DNA of 64,000 bases from Eledone cirrhosa (GCA_964016885.1 OZ024742.1:180544001-180608000), one strand, 5' to 3'; shown: positions 1-12,452, counted from the first letter of the stretch. Notes: generated by a model not told the origin, from the letters alone. Program-made: numbers and translations.

Positions 1-963
1 CAATCAAAAACCCGGCTGACGCTGCCCTCTTACAGCAGGATCTGGATGCCATATACAGATGGGCGGAAGAAAACAACATGCAGTTTAATGCTGGCAAATT
101 CCAAGCCCTACAATACAAACCTGCAAACACAAACACAAATATAGCGGAACACAGCTACACAGGACCAGGAGGGACCGATATCCCCGTGTCAAAATCGATA
201 CGAGACCTGGGCATAGACATGAGCGATGATGCATCTTTTTCTTCACACATCATGAAGGTGGCGACAGCATGTAGACGATTCGCTGGCTGGATCTTGAGGA
301 CTTTCCTTACAAGAGATCGAGACACCATGTTGACACTGTGGAGGACTTTTGTCCTAAGCCGCCTGGACTACTGCTCCCAGCTGTGGTCACCCCATAGTGT
401 CAAACTAACCACAGAGCTTGAGGCAATCCAGCGAAGCTACACCAAGAGGATTGCCAAGATGAGGGAGACAAGCTACTGGGAGAGGCTGAAGGAACTGAAC
501 CTCTACTCCTTGGAGCGAAGACGGGAGAGATACGCAGTGATCTACATGTGGAAAATCCTGGAGGGACTAGCACCAAACTTTGGCATTGGGAGCTGGACCA
601 ACCGTCGAACAGGACGTCACTGTGTGGTGCCAAAGGTCCCGTCTTCCACATCTAGAATAAGGAGCAGGTATTGCAATAGCCTGGGATTCAAGGGCCCTCA
701 ACTCTTCAACAGGCTGCCGAGGCATCTGCGAGACTTGCATGACGTGGAGGTGGATGTCTTTAAGAAACATCTCGACACCTTGTTATCCAGGATCCCGGAT
801 GAGCCCACAGCAAGACACGAGGGAAACCTAAGGGCAGCAGCAACAAACTCCCTCCTACACCAGTGGCCAACCTATACAGGCTGGAGATAAAATGTGTAGC
901 AACAAGGGCGGTGCCCCAGCATGGCCTCAGCCGGATGGCTGAAACAGGTAAAAGAGTAAAAGA

Positions 964-965
<2 letters not shown>
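1..965 (+). mobile_element. CR1-clade LINE, 3' part (end of RT, C-terminal region of ORF2, 3' UTR)
   Basis: ORF 78..890 has MQFN..KF, RDLG, GWILRTF, LDYCSQLWSP and YWERLKELNLYSLERRRERY motifs typical of CR1-group ORF2. The 3' UTR is GGTGCCCCAGCATGGCC...GAAACAGGTAAAAGAGTAAAAGAG and ends at a (TA)n tract. Confidence 0.92.
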
Positions 966-1007
<42 letters not shown>

Positions 1008-1035
1008 TATATATATATATATACATATATATGTA

Positions 1036-1681
1036 TATAAAATTTTTTTATATCCTAGAGAAAAACTTCCCGCCAAACCACAAATACCATCAAATCTTAA
1101 ATAGGTCAACAGTTAAATTCTCATACTCAACAACCAAAAACATAAAACAAAATATAAGTGCCTATAATGCATATAAATGTAAGAATACCATAAGTATACC
1201 ACCAATACATCAAACTAACCATAATATCTCCTCAAATACAGAATTAACGAAAGGTTGTAACTGTAGAAACAAAGCAAACTGCCCATTAAAAGGAAATTGT
1301 CTTGTTAACAACATAGTTTATAAATGTAATCTTAAAACTAAAGATTCTATTTGCTCATATATAGGAGCTACTTCTAACAATTTTAAGGTAAGGTTTAATA
1401 CCCACAAACATAGTTTTAAAAATGCCGCACTAGCTAATACAACATCTCTAGCAGAAAAAATCAATAGTTATAAAAATAAGAATATAGAATATGATATGAC
1501 CTGGAGTGTGCTCAAAAGAGCCACCCCTTATCAAAATAATAGAAATGAATGTAGATTATGTTCCCAAGAACTATTTGAAATAATGAAATCTAAGGATATC
1601 CTATTAAATAAGCGACAGGAATTAATTATATCGTGTAATCATAAACTAAGAAAAACATTTAAATATTATAAACCTAATTAA
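1036..1681 (+). pseudogene. PLE GIY-YIG endonuclease coding fragment
   Basis: NIVY / YIG / RF..H / LN motifs plus a Cys-rich linker; the RT part is lost by 5' truncation. Confidence 0.85.
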
Positions 1682-2070
1682 TAATATAATTTTAGAAATT
1701 AATATATAATTTAATTTAAATGTTAGTTAACCTATAAATTTAATTTAATTAAAATTCTACTACAGTTGAGATTATAAAATATTGTGTAATCATAAATTGT
1801 GAAAAACTTTTAAATATTATTAACATAATTAATATATACTTTGTAAATTAATTTATAGATTAATTTTAGTTTATTTAACCTTTTATTAAAATTCCCTTAC
1901 AGATGAAATATAACAAAATAGCGTGTAATCAATGACAGAGAAATATTTCTTAATATTATAAACCTAATTAATGTACAATTTAGAAATATATTTATAATTT
2001 AATTTTAATTTAATTAACCTAAAATTTTATTTTAATTAGCTTAAAATTAAAATTCTAATACAGATGGATT
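1625..2070 (+). repeat. Three degenerate ~140-150 bp tandem units starting in the last codons of the PLE ORF
   Basis: GTGTAATCA...AATATTAT(A/T)AAC(C/A)TAATTAAT...AAAATTC(T/C)...ACAG recurs at about 1633, 1784 and 1923. Confidence 0.75.
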
Positions 2071-2443
2071 GCAGATGGAGATAATTATAAAGAATTAGTA
2101 TATCTAGTAACATAGCATAAGTATGCATCTGTGTATATATATGTTATTAGATATACTAATTCTTTATAATTATCTCCAAATTATTTTGTCGAGCAAAAAT
2201 TGGCCAAAACTGCTACTATAGTAACAGTCCGGCTGCTGTCTTCTTAACAAACCACTCTTCACTGATTGACCTCGATGTCACGTGACTGATTCTTTTGAAT
2301 TTGCCACCGACGCAGTAGGCAGTGATTTTTTCAATGGCTTGGAATTTAGTCCACGCTTTGCTTTTTTCGATCCACTGAATTATTTTTGTATAAGTTCCCT
2401 GTAAAATAAGCAAATTATAAAATGAACTTACTTACTAAATTTC

Positions 2444-2525
2444 ACTCCAACTAATTAGTTTCTGAAAGGGAAGAAAAATAGTTTCCGAAGAAACGTACGG
2501 AGAAGCATTTCGTCATCAGGGAAGT
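2444..2525 (-). ncRNA. Inverted copy of the same hammerhead-like motif
   Basis: Reverse complement of 2724-2805 with a few substitutions. Confidence 0.55.
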
Positions 2526-2723
2526 TTATTCTCAGCTATGTTTCCAGGCAATACGTGGACACAGGGAACTTATACAAAAATAATTCAGTGGATGGAAAAA
2601 AGCAAAGCGTGAAATAAATTCCAAGCCATTGAAAGTCCACGCTTTGCTTTTTTCCATCCACTGAATTATTTTTGTATAAGTTCCCTGTGTCCACGTATTG
2701 CCTGGAAACTTAGCTGAGAATAG

Positions 2724-2805
2724 ACTTCCCTGATGACGAAAGGCTTCTCCGTACGTTTCTTCGGAAACTATGTTTATTCCCTTTCAGAAACTAATTAGTT
2801 GGAGT
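2724..2805 (+). ncRNA. Type I hammerhead-ribozyme-like motif in the PLE pLTR
   Basis: ACTTCC-CTGATGA-(C)GAAAGG...CCTTTC(A)-GAAA-CTAATTAG-TT-GGAGT: both core boxes, a palindromic stem III and a short stem I. Confidence 0.6.
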
Positions 2806-2889
2806 GAAATTTTAGTAAGTAGGTTAATTTTATAATTTTCTTATTTTACGTCTCTCATATATATATATATATATATATTCAAAATAAGG

Positions 2890-3595
2890 GGGCACACAGG
2901 ACAAAGACAATGGACAAAACTATGGAAAAATGGAAAGTCCAGTTTCCTTATTCAACATCTGGAAATCACTATGGTTTCAGTGCATTAAAATTGATACTAT
3001 TCATTCCAATGAACATTATGACATAATAAGACAGGTAGAGACAACACAGGACAAGTTATACCTTTCTGCAAATGATAAAAATATAAATGAAAAAATATCC
3101 TAAGTCCTTTAACTGACAAAAAAGGGAGAGAACCGTGTGCAAAGGCTTAGCCAAAGGAGAAAAATATATAGAAAGGACGGAAATAGAAAACAGAAAAGAA
3201 TAATATGGACTGCAGTCCAACGTGCAAACAAAGAAGAATGACACTTAGATGTAAAAAATATAAGATGGGAGGCAGGTAGACTGGGCACTGTGACATCTAT
3301 TATTTGATAGTTTAAAAAAAGCCCACATGGCTAAGTTTATAGAATATGAATCCAACATAGACGGCACACAGGATAAAGACAATGGAAAATATTATGGAAA
3401 AATGGAAAGTCCCATTTCCTTAGTCAACCTCTAGAAATCACTACTGTTTCAGTGCATTAAGGTTCATACCGTTCATTCATGTACACATTAGGATGTAACG
3501 AAACAGGTAACGACAAAGACAGGACAAGTCATGCTTTTCAGAAAATTACACAAATATAGTTGAAAAGATATCTCAAGTGTGTCAACAGACAAAGA
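2890..3595. repeat. Diverged ~230-bp direct repeat pair (2890-3120 and 3363-3592) between (TA)n tracts, possibly old PLE pLTRs
   Basis: GGCACACAGGA(C/T)AAAGACAATGGA...TATGGAAAAATGGAAAGTCC...GAAATCACTA..GTTTCAGTGCATTAA...CAGGACAAGT occurs twice. Confidence 0.7.
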
Positions 3596-3639
3596 ATATA
3601 TATATATATATATGGAGAAATAACAGACAAGTAAATCAT

Positions 3640-3880
3640 AATCATCATCATCATCATCATCATCCTCGTTTAATGTCCATCTTCCACGCTAGCATGGGTT
3701 AGATGGGTTTGTCCCATTTAGAGGCAAGTTGGGTTGGGTGACCGTGTATCGCTCGTATAGTACTGTTTCTGGAGGTTTTCTACGGCTGGATGCCCTTCCT
3801 AGCGCCAACCAGATTTACAGTGTGTGCTGGGTGCTTTTTGTCGTGACCCTACACGACCACTTTACAGTGTGGGCTGGAAG
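3640..3880 (-). mobile_element. RTE-tailed SINE / non-autonomous retroelement (representative copy)
   Basis: Minus strand reads ...GGTTGGCGCTAGGAAGGGCATCCAGCCGTAGAAA...CCCATGCTAGCGTGGAAGATGGACATTAAACGAGGATGATG(ATG)n. Further copies lie near 18300, 26000, 26810, 28550, 30320, 32590, 40670, 40850, 45650, 52140, 58640, 59700 and 61800. Confidence 0.8.
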
Positions 3881-3908
3881 TTTTATGGAACCAACATAAC
3901 ACACACAT

Positions 3909-3960
<52 letters not shown>

Positions 3961-4036
3961 CGAAGGAAATGTGGTAAGGAACCAGGTGGACCATAACGCA
4001 CCAAAGTACTCAATACTTAGGGTAGTAGAGTGGGTA

Positions 4037-4176
4037 ATAGGAACGAGTAGGACCCCGACGGCTGAGCTCAAGCCGTTTCGACGGCTAATTCTGGACTAAA
4101 TAAAAATGTTTATTTAGTCCAGAATTAGCCGTCGAAACGGCTTGAGCTCAGCCGTCGGGATCCTACTCGTTCCTAT
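4037..4176. repeat. Near-perfect fold-back (arms ~67 bp) carrying the 3' half of a hammerhead
   Basis: ATAGGAACGAGTAGGA(C/T)CCCGACGGCTGAGCTCAAGCCGTTTCGACGGCTAATTCTGGACTAAATAAA and its reverse complement. The right arm reads GAAA-CGGC-TTGAGCTCA-GCCG-TC. Confidence 0.85.
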
Positions 4177-4494
4177 ATATATATATATATACATACATAC
4201 ATACACATATGGTATATATATATATATATTTGTGTGTATATACACATATCATCATCACCTCCCTCTTCCGTCCATTTTCCACGCTAGCATGGGTTAGATG
4301 GTGTAATGTAGAGTAATAAAATATTTAAATATGAAAGTAAAGTTATATTGCCTGAAAATGTCGAAATACGTTTAGTTTTTGTTATATGTTGTTTTCATGG
4401 ACAAGCAAAATAACTGTTTATCTATTTATTAGATTATTAATCTAAAAAAAAAAAAGAAATTTTCTGTGACAACAAACTATTTTCAAACTAAAGG

Positions 4495-4659
4495 TTAACA
4501 TTTTCTCTTCCACGTATTCAGTAGCCTGTATAAAATCTTATAAGTTTCCTGTATTATCAGATGTTCAGTTAGTAAATCTCCCTCAGCTTAGACAAAAAAA
4601 AAAGAAAAAAAAGAGATTACGAAACAGCAATGTCTGATTACTGGAAAAGAAGGGTTAAT
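4495..4659. mobile_element. Possible piggyBac-like MITE
   Basis: TTAA-CATTTTCTCTTCCA ... TGGAAAAGAAGGG-TTAA: imperfect TIRs bounded by TTAA. Confidence 0.45.
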
Positions 4660-5271
4660 ACTTAGATGAAATCAGAGGAAGCAATATCGTTTTAGTAGAT
4701 CGTCTCTCTCTTTTGGAAGTGGTTTAACACATACTGTGATGCTGCTTCTCTGGGATATAAACTAATAATCCAATGTAGAAGCTAAGAATGATAAGCTGAT
4801 GTTTTCAAGCAGAAATCTAGTTATTATAAGGTTATACATTAGAAATGTTTTCTTGATACTATTTTATATGGGAGACAGGGTCAAAGAGGTAGAAATCAAA
4901 TCAGTTTTCTGCAAAGATTATTAACACTACTTAATCCTTTTCTCAACACACTGAAATTGTGTATTAAATAAGATCAAATTTATCTAAACTTTGACAAGTC
5001 TTTCCAACATCAGTATAACAAGTTCTGAACTTTCCAAAGTTCAGAGCTGTTATACTAAATTATTAACTGTTGTTCATCATAGAAGTTAGTGTTAGTACTG
5101 TAGCTATGTTTAGCTGCTGTTCATAGCTTTAATTGGGCTACTACAAGGTTGCATCGTATAGGGAGGGATTTCTCAGGTGTTTTAATGTTAGGGTTCACAA
5201 CCCTGTCATGTAAAAGCAATTTGATCAAGAACACAATGCACTGCCTGATCCAGGAATTGAACACCCTAACC

Positions 5272-5731
5272 CAGAGGTAGGGAAACTGTTCATGTGAAAG
5301 GCCCGATTAAGTTACTTGAAATATAATAACGCTGCATTAAAGAAACCATAATTATATATTCTTAAAATGTTGATAATAACTGGCATACTAAATCCTTGTA
5401 GGTTCTCAACAACCAGCCTTGGGTGATAGTTGCTCCAATTAAGTGTGAATTTAATGTACATTCTAGAATCACATTAGAACTAAAACATGGTTGTAGAATG
5501 TAATGAAATGGCCCTATGATCTAATTTTTAAAATTGTGGCTGTCTGTCAGTATAGATTATTTCGTTGAATTTTCTTTTCTTCTTTGGTATTTAGAATACG
5601 TTGCTCTCATGGTCTAAATTAGAATAAGATGTAGACAAAAACATATCATTAAAAAAGATTTGTTGGAAATTTTTGATTCTTTCAAACGGCCACAACGAAT
5701 GGCACAGAAGGCTGCAGGTTCCCCATCTCTA
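5272..5731. mobile_element. hAT-type non-autonomous element (degenerate)
   Basis: Ends CAGAGGTAGGGAAACT and AGGTTCCCCATCTCTA form imperfect hAT-like TIRs. Confidence 0.5.
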
Positions 5732-6049
5732 CCATTACTAGTAAGCAACAGGTCTATAAAAAGATATTTTAACTGATACATTAGTCAAAGACTTAGAGAG
5801 ACAAGAAGAGGCAGTGTAAATATTGGATCTTCCTCCTCCTAAAAAAAACTTTTCAAGCTCCTTCAATTTTGAAATGACCATGCTACCAACTCCAGGCCTA
5901 AAGACAAGAAGGCATTTTATATATCAATGTCTTATATATTAGTAGTTCTTAAACAACTCTTGTACATTAATGTATTTTATACACGACTGTGTCTTATACA
6001 CCAGTGCATCCTAGGCAGCACAAATATGGTAGCAATCTTGCAGATATAT

Positions 6050-7500
6050 CTGCCCAGAAATGAACTAAACAGATTACGTTCATTGACATTAATACAGGCT
6101 GTGTGTATCTGGTTTACAATAGGTACCCCGTATCTTTTTGTGTATCTGGTTTGTAATACGAACACCCTACTCTTGCTTGAATCTCTTTTAAAAGGGGTAC
6201 ACAATATCATTGTGTGTATCTAGTTTGGAATAGATGCACCATATCTTCTATGTATTCAGTTTAGAATAGCTACAACATACCAGTCGACAAGCAAGTCTTT
6301 CCCTGGTGCTTGAAGTTTCCCTATCACAGTATCAAGAGTATCATCCTTGATGCTGTATATTTTTGTTGTAGCACAGGGGAAGTACTTCGTTTGGGTCTCT
6401 TTCACCCACACTATATCTTGGTTGAATTTCTTTTCTTCTCCCCATATTTTTCTCCAGAAGGAATCTATGGCTTTCTGCGATAGCGCATCAGTGACATTTA
6501 TTACTTTACCCCTTAAATCTCTATAGACTATTGTTTGGGTTTGGTTGAATCTTACAGCTACCTTCTTCTCGTATTGAAGTTTCTCAATGACAGCTCTCAA
6601 TTCTTGTTTTAGAGTGATCAATTTGTATTGAAGAATTTTGGGTGTACTATCTTCAAACATCGTTTCTATTTCATTTTTCACTCTTTGTTGGTGAGGGGTG
6701 TAGTTTTGTTTGTGTTTACATGTGATGTGCATTGTCACATATTCTATAGTTTTCTGTAGGTCAATAATATTTTTTTTTTGTATTCTTTTAAATATATGAT
6801 GGCATATTTTGTGGTGTTTTGTTTCTGTTAACATCTCTGTTACCACAAAGATCATGTTTTACTGCTGTTGCCAGGGCATATAGACAGATGTTGAATTGCC
6901 CAAATTTGTTGTAAATATTAACTTTCAATTTCGTCAATAGCACGCAGAATTTCATTGTTTGGTTTCTTGTTGAATACTGTTGTTTTATATCCTTCTGAAA
7001 ACGAAATATTTATGCATGAATTAATTTTTCTCTGGGAAGTTTCGCTCGGGTATATTTTAATTATTTATATTCTTGACTTTCTCTGTTAATGACAGACGTA
7101 TTATCATTGATGTTGATGACCAACGGGACTGCGAAATACCATAGCAGTCGATGTAAAATCAGTTGGTAAACGTGATGTCAAATTCCTTACTGACATAGCT
7201 GTTTCAATGAACTGTTAGTGTACTGCTGTTGCTTGTTGATGATCAGCCTGGCTGCTAGAAAGCCTACAAACATGGTGGTCTCTACCACGTGTTGTTTGCA
7301 TGTTTTATCTGGGAGACTTGCTTTGAATAATATTAATGTTATTTTTACGTTCGACGAACGTTGCTTGTTGGCGTAATTGTTTGGCTGTGAAGTGGTTTAG
7401 TTCTGGATGTATTTCATCCCAGTATAGCTTCATTGTCTTTATATAGCCAACAGAGGGATCTTTATTTGTCATTTTATAACGATTAAATAAATCGTTATTA
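6050..7500 (-). mobile_element. Dong/R4-clade non-LTR retrotransposon, 5' part up to the start of RT (degenerate)
   Basis: ORF 6256..6855 has F.Q....VYRDL...SFWRKIW...W...APGKD. A further minus-strand frame near 7350-7460 reads GYIKTMKLYWDEIHPELNHFTAKQLRQQA. Both match the R4/Dong N-terminus. Confidence 0.8.
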
Positions 7501-7934
7501 AATTCGTAGCTCCAAGTAAAAATGCGATTTATAATTTCGGTTTCTTCTGTAGCTACAACTAAAAAAACTTTTACTTGCCTTTCCCATTGTTTTTCTTCGA
7601 TTCCCCACTAATATTGATGTCATGTTCAGCCATGCTGCTCGTAGCAAATCCGTGTAAAATTAATTTAGTATTTAGACGGATATCTCTACGACTTCGAATA
7701 AAAGGCGTCTTTTATTAGAATAACTAGAAGAATATCCAGTTATTCAATACGGCTAATAGTCGTGGCATTATTGTCGAAGGCGGCCGATTGTCGCACTTTG
7801 TGATGAATTGATCGTCGTTTTTGTTTCCTTTCTCTCGTTCTGGTCGTATATTTTGGTGCGTTATATTTGTGAGGTTCCTAGCAATAGTTCATTGCATTTT
7901 TTATATGTTTCTATAATTATTTTATATTCTCATT

Positions 7935-8300
7935 CAGAAAGAATTGTGAGGACGCCGTTCTGCCGAGTCCCCCCCCCTCATCTGCAAGATCGGAGAGGTC
8001 GGCGGCCCGTCTGAGGAGGAAGCCCCACGAGGTTGGGTGGCTCTAGCAGCGGGTGTCACTGGCCATCGTCCGGGGGAATGCTTTTGCCGTCTTGTTAGCG
8101 GGACGTAGCACTTCTGCCCTCTTGCCGTAGGCCCAAAGCCCAATCACCCTCCCCTCTCTTCTGCGACACCAGAGCTCTTGCCACCCCTCCCCTTCTATTC
8201 TTTCTTTTTCTCTTTTTTTCTATGTTCCTCTATTCTTTCTTTCCCTTTGTTTCCTCTTTTTTTATTGTTTCGTACTAAATATTATTTAAAAAATAAACAT
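7935..8300 (+). mobile_element. GC-rich island, possibly the 3' end of a Tx1/L1-like LINE
   Basis: An abrupt GC-rich segment is followed by a T-rich tract and AATAAA. Similarity to Tx1 C-termini is weak. Confidence 0.3.
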
Positions 8301-9239
8301 CTATGTATATTAGATGGAAAAAACCTGGCAAATTTGTAAAGTATTCATCTTACATTGTTTCCTGCGCCATATGTGCGACTGATCGCGTAGAAATGTATAT
8401 ATGTATGTAAGGACATCATTCTAGGACAGGGATCGTCAAAAGGATCAATAGTAAGCAATGGGACGGTTGACGGGACTCTTGAGGGGTCAAGTGCTGACAT
8501 TCGTATAGCAAATAAAAATACATAAAATACAGCTTGCTGATACACATTTTTAATCATCCCCTGTAATAATAGCCAATGTGTGTTTATATATTTATTTGGC
8601 ATCATGCAATGAAGGAAATACATACGTGTTGACCGAGAAAAGAAGGGATTGTGACAAACTACGGAAAACAGAAACCAACGTTCTAAGATTCATTACACTT
8701 GTGTGTGCGATCGTGTATGTGCATATGTGTACATATATATGTATATATAAACATAAACACACATACACTCACACAAGTATGAATATAAACACACATGTGA
8801 GGTATTAAAGTCCAAGCCTAAAGTGCATTAACGATGAGTTTTTGTTTAATAAGTACTTTAAATGTGATGTGAAAGGTGAGAGAATGTTAGGAGGATTATT
8901 TGAAGAAACACAATGTTCCCCTTACAAATATGATTGCAGTGATTACCGATGGTGCACTAGCAATGGTTGGCCATTGCAGGGAATTTGCCGCCATATTCAA
9001 GAAAATTATTCATCATCCCAAAATAGAACAGAATATTTGTTACCACAGCAAAAGTTTTAAATATATACATAAATAACATTACAAAATAAACACAAATATA
9101 AAAGCATAAAAGGGAGATAAAATAATATAAACAAAAGAAAAAGAGGGGGCAATACATCACCAAGTGCGATAATCGGCCGCACATCATATGGTTCCCAATA
9201 TACGTAGCCAGGAAACTCAGTGGTGAATTGTACGATGCC

Positions 9240-10164
9240 TTAAGTATGTGTATCAGGTCAATCAATAAAATTAAAGAACACCCTCTTAATTCGTGACTGT
9301 TTCCAATGTTATGCGAGAAAAATTTGGACCAATTACTTTTGTACACAGAGGTGAGATAGTTGTGAAGAGGTATTGGCTTGCAAAGACTTGTTGAATTGCA
9401 TGGATCAACTATGGAGTTTCTTACGGATGTGGACCCATTACTATGTGACGTATTGAAAATATGTAAGAATAATCTGTTCTAGTTTGCAAACATATATTCA
9501 AAATTTAATGGAATACAGAAACGTCTGCAAGGTAGTCAAGCCCCAACAAATAATAATAGGCTTTCAAGTCAAAACAGGGCTATTTAAATCTCCATTGGCA
9601 CGTAAAGATTTTCAATATCTTTCAAACTTACGGCAATTGGAAGAAGATGAATACATTTCAGATTGGTTTGGATATATATATATAAAGCACCTTGAAATAT
9701 TAAGGGAAGACATTAAAGTACGTTTTGAGGACCTGGAGAAAATGCATGCGCCCGATTGGATTGTTACCCTGTTTGATTTGGAAATAGAAACTGCAGACAC
9801 TGAATGTCACTTAGAAGAGGGACACGTTGATATATGTGTGATTCTCGAAGCTAAATCTTTGTTCAAAAGTAAACGCCTCAGTGACTATTGGAATAATATA
9901 GATACTGCTACTAAATACCCCAAGTTTAGGGCAGAGTGTGAGCCATTATTACTTGAATTCCCAAGTTCGTACATGGTTGAAGATGGTTTTATCCACGCAA
10001 ATGCAGTTCTAACAAAGCAGAGGAACAGACTGAACCTAAAAGAACGAAGGGACTTACAACTAAAACTCACCAATCTCCAACCAAATATCAATGTATTTGC
10101 TGATGCTTATCAAACATCCTTCCCGTTTATGATGTCAACCAAATTCAATAAAAAGGTAACTTAA
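9240..10164 (+). pseudogene. hAT (Buster/Charlie-type) transposase, C-terminal remnant
   Basis: INKIKEHPLNS*LF..LC, LLLYTEVR*L*RG, HLEILRED..VRFEDL, YPK....PLLLEFPSSYMVEDGF, LTKQRNRLNL...DLQLKLTNLQPNI (hAT dimerisation domain), with stops and frameshifts. Confidence 0.88.
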
Positions 10165-10233
10165 TTTATTTTTAATGTATTTAATATTATTTATATTATT
10201 TATTGGGTTTGCCTCTCATTATTATTATTGAAT

Positions 10234-10425
10234 GGCGGCGGATTGACAGTATCGGTAGAGGGTCGGACGCCATGCTTTTCAACAAAGAGTTACGGCCCTT
10301 TATGGTCTGAGTTCAAATCCCGCCGAGGTTAACTTTGCCTTTCATCCTTACGGGGTCGATAACATAAAGTACCAGTAATACACTAGGATAATTGCTGGCC
10401 TTGTGCCAAAAGTATAAACAATTAT
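10234..10425 (+). mobile_element. tRNA-derived Nin/Deu-domain SINE, full length
   Basis: A-box-like head GGCGGATTGACAGTATCGGTAGAG, B-box GAGTTCAAATCC, core TTTGCCTTTCATCCTTACGGGGTCGATAA..AAAGTACCAG and an (ATT)n tail. 5'-truncated copies follow at ~10447-10615 and ~10950-11100. Confidence 0.85.
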
Positions 10426-12452
10426 TATTATTGATGTATTATTATTATGTCAGACGCCATGCTTTGCAGCATAGAGTTATGGCCCTTTAAGTTCTGGGTT
10501 CAAATCTAGCCGAGGTTAGCTTTGCATTTCATCCATACGGGGTCGATAAAATAAAGCACCAGCAATGCACTGGGGTAGTTGCTGGCCTTGTGCCAAAAGT
10601 AGGAACATTATAATTATTGATGTTGAGCTTGGTATCGAAACTTGGGTTATTGGAAATTTAACAGACGTGTGTAGTATAAGGTTCTAAGATGTTCAGCTTG
10701 ACCGTCTGCCTGTCAGCGTCTGTCTATCATAAAACTCCTCCGGCACTATGACAGTTAACTGATTTTTTTTTTTGTTTCCCTATATTTCATGAGATATATT
10801 CACACTGGGTAGGGGGGGGGTACATACCAGAAGTTTTGCAGGGCATGGTATGTAGTTTCCCAGGCTGGTATATTGAAAGCAGGGTTTCGTAAGTACTTTC
10901 CCGCACTAATGTAGATGGAAACTGCACATCTACTTAATAATTATTATTAATAGCATAGAGTTAAGGCCATTTACGGTTTGAGTTCAAATCCTGCCGAGGT
11001 TAACTTTGCCTTTCATCCTGACGTGGGTCGATGAAAGAAAGTACCAGTAATGCACTGGGGTAATTGCTGGCTTTGTGCCAAAAGTAGAAACAATTATTAA
11101 TTTATTTTTTATACATTCCTGTGTTCGATGAGCGATCAAGGATTCCATGAAGGTGTCGATAGTCTAAAATGTTTGAGGACCCCTGTTCTAGGAGAAGGAA
11201 AACTTTGATGTAAAAACTGCGAGTCGATGGCAGCCAAAGATGTTGACCTGTTCTTCTTTTAGGATACCTTTCACTGTTTTTCAGAGAGTGGGATTGGTCT
11301 TGTGCAGGGTGGGCGACGAGCAACTGAACAGAGAATTGTGGGTGATTGGAAAGTTTGGTGGGCAATACATGATTTTGAGTATTAAAAAGGTATTTCAAAT
11401 TACGTTACCCGAAAAAGATATTGAAAGGAGATATGCAAAGAACCTGTTATTGTCAAGTGGTGTTATTAAGTTAGACATGGCCTGGGCCAAATACTGGTCA
11501 AGACCTATCAAAGTTATCAAAGTTAGCTTTAATTAAACTATATGCAAAATAACAACAAACTGTTATTTAATGGATAACAAGCGTAAGAAAAAATTACCTA
11601 CCCCAGAATTTTAGGTCTTGTTACCCGCTACACCCAAAGTCCGTTCTGCTGCTGACCAGTTTAATAACAAGCCCGCAATAAAGGAACGCCATCAATAGTT
11701 CGTATTTTACAAGCTCGCAGGCAATGGTCTACACTATATTTAAAAAGGAGTTTAAATGGGAATAACTGGATCATATTTCTAGATAAGATATAAACATCCG
11801 CGCAAATAAAGAACATTTTTGTATTTTCTATAGTTTTGAGAAGGGTCATTAATATTCAAATACTTCTTAGGACGAAAAAACGTTTTTTTTTTCTTTTAAT
11901 GGGTGGATATAAATCAGAGTGACCACGGGATAAACTCACAAACGCCACTAACACCGAGAGATCACGTAAAATTGATAGAGATGATGACCTGTAAGAATTC
12001 TGACGACATGTCGTAGACAAGGATGCCCGGATGACAATGCCAGACAAAACATGAGAACTCCAAGATGAGACTTGTTCATTGCGCATATAACCAGACAGAC
12101 ACATGAAGTTGTTGGATTGTATTGATCACCAAGTGACTGCAACACTTGTTTTCTCGTATTTGTGGATTTATAGCTTTAGTTAAACTATACGCAGAAAAAC
12201 AACAAAGTTTGATTTGTTGAACTGTTATTTATTGGATGACAAACATTAACAAATGTAAGATATATCTACCCTTGAAGTTAGGGTCTTGTTACCTGCCTCG
12301 CCAGAAGTCCGTGTTTCAGCTGAAATCTAACTTCAAGTAGTAATATAACTCGAACGAACATTTTATCTATTGTTCCTACAATTTTCTGTGTATTGTACGG
12401 CTTTTAAAAACCCCATTGGCTCCATTTAAGAACATTTGTCGTCAATACAGCA

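Larger units (their letters stand above)
1036..2850 (+). mobile_element. 5'-truncated Penelope-like element (GIY-YIG endonuclease end, 3' UTR, rearranged pLTR), flanked by (TA)n
   Basis: The true part of ORF 863..1681 (from ~1036) reads VKFSYS..CNCRNKANCPLKGNCLVNNIVY..YIGATSNNFKVRFNTH..CRLC..E..LLNKRQE, a PLE GIY-YIG domain. An inverted/direct terminal repeat with a hammerhead-like motif lies at 2330-2850. Confidence 0.88.

Noticed and set aside
863-1035. N-terminus of the 272-aa ORF as part of a real protein
   Set aside because: It is read-through of the CR1 3' UTR and (TA)n (YIYI) into the PLE fragment.
10234-10325. tRNA gene (also 36277-36345 and 52015-52100)
   Set aside because: A/B boxes are present but there is no complete cloverleaf; these are SINE heads.
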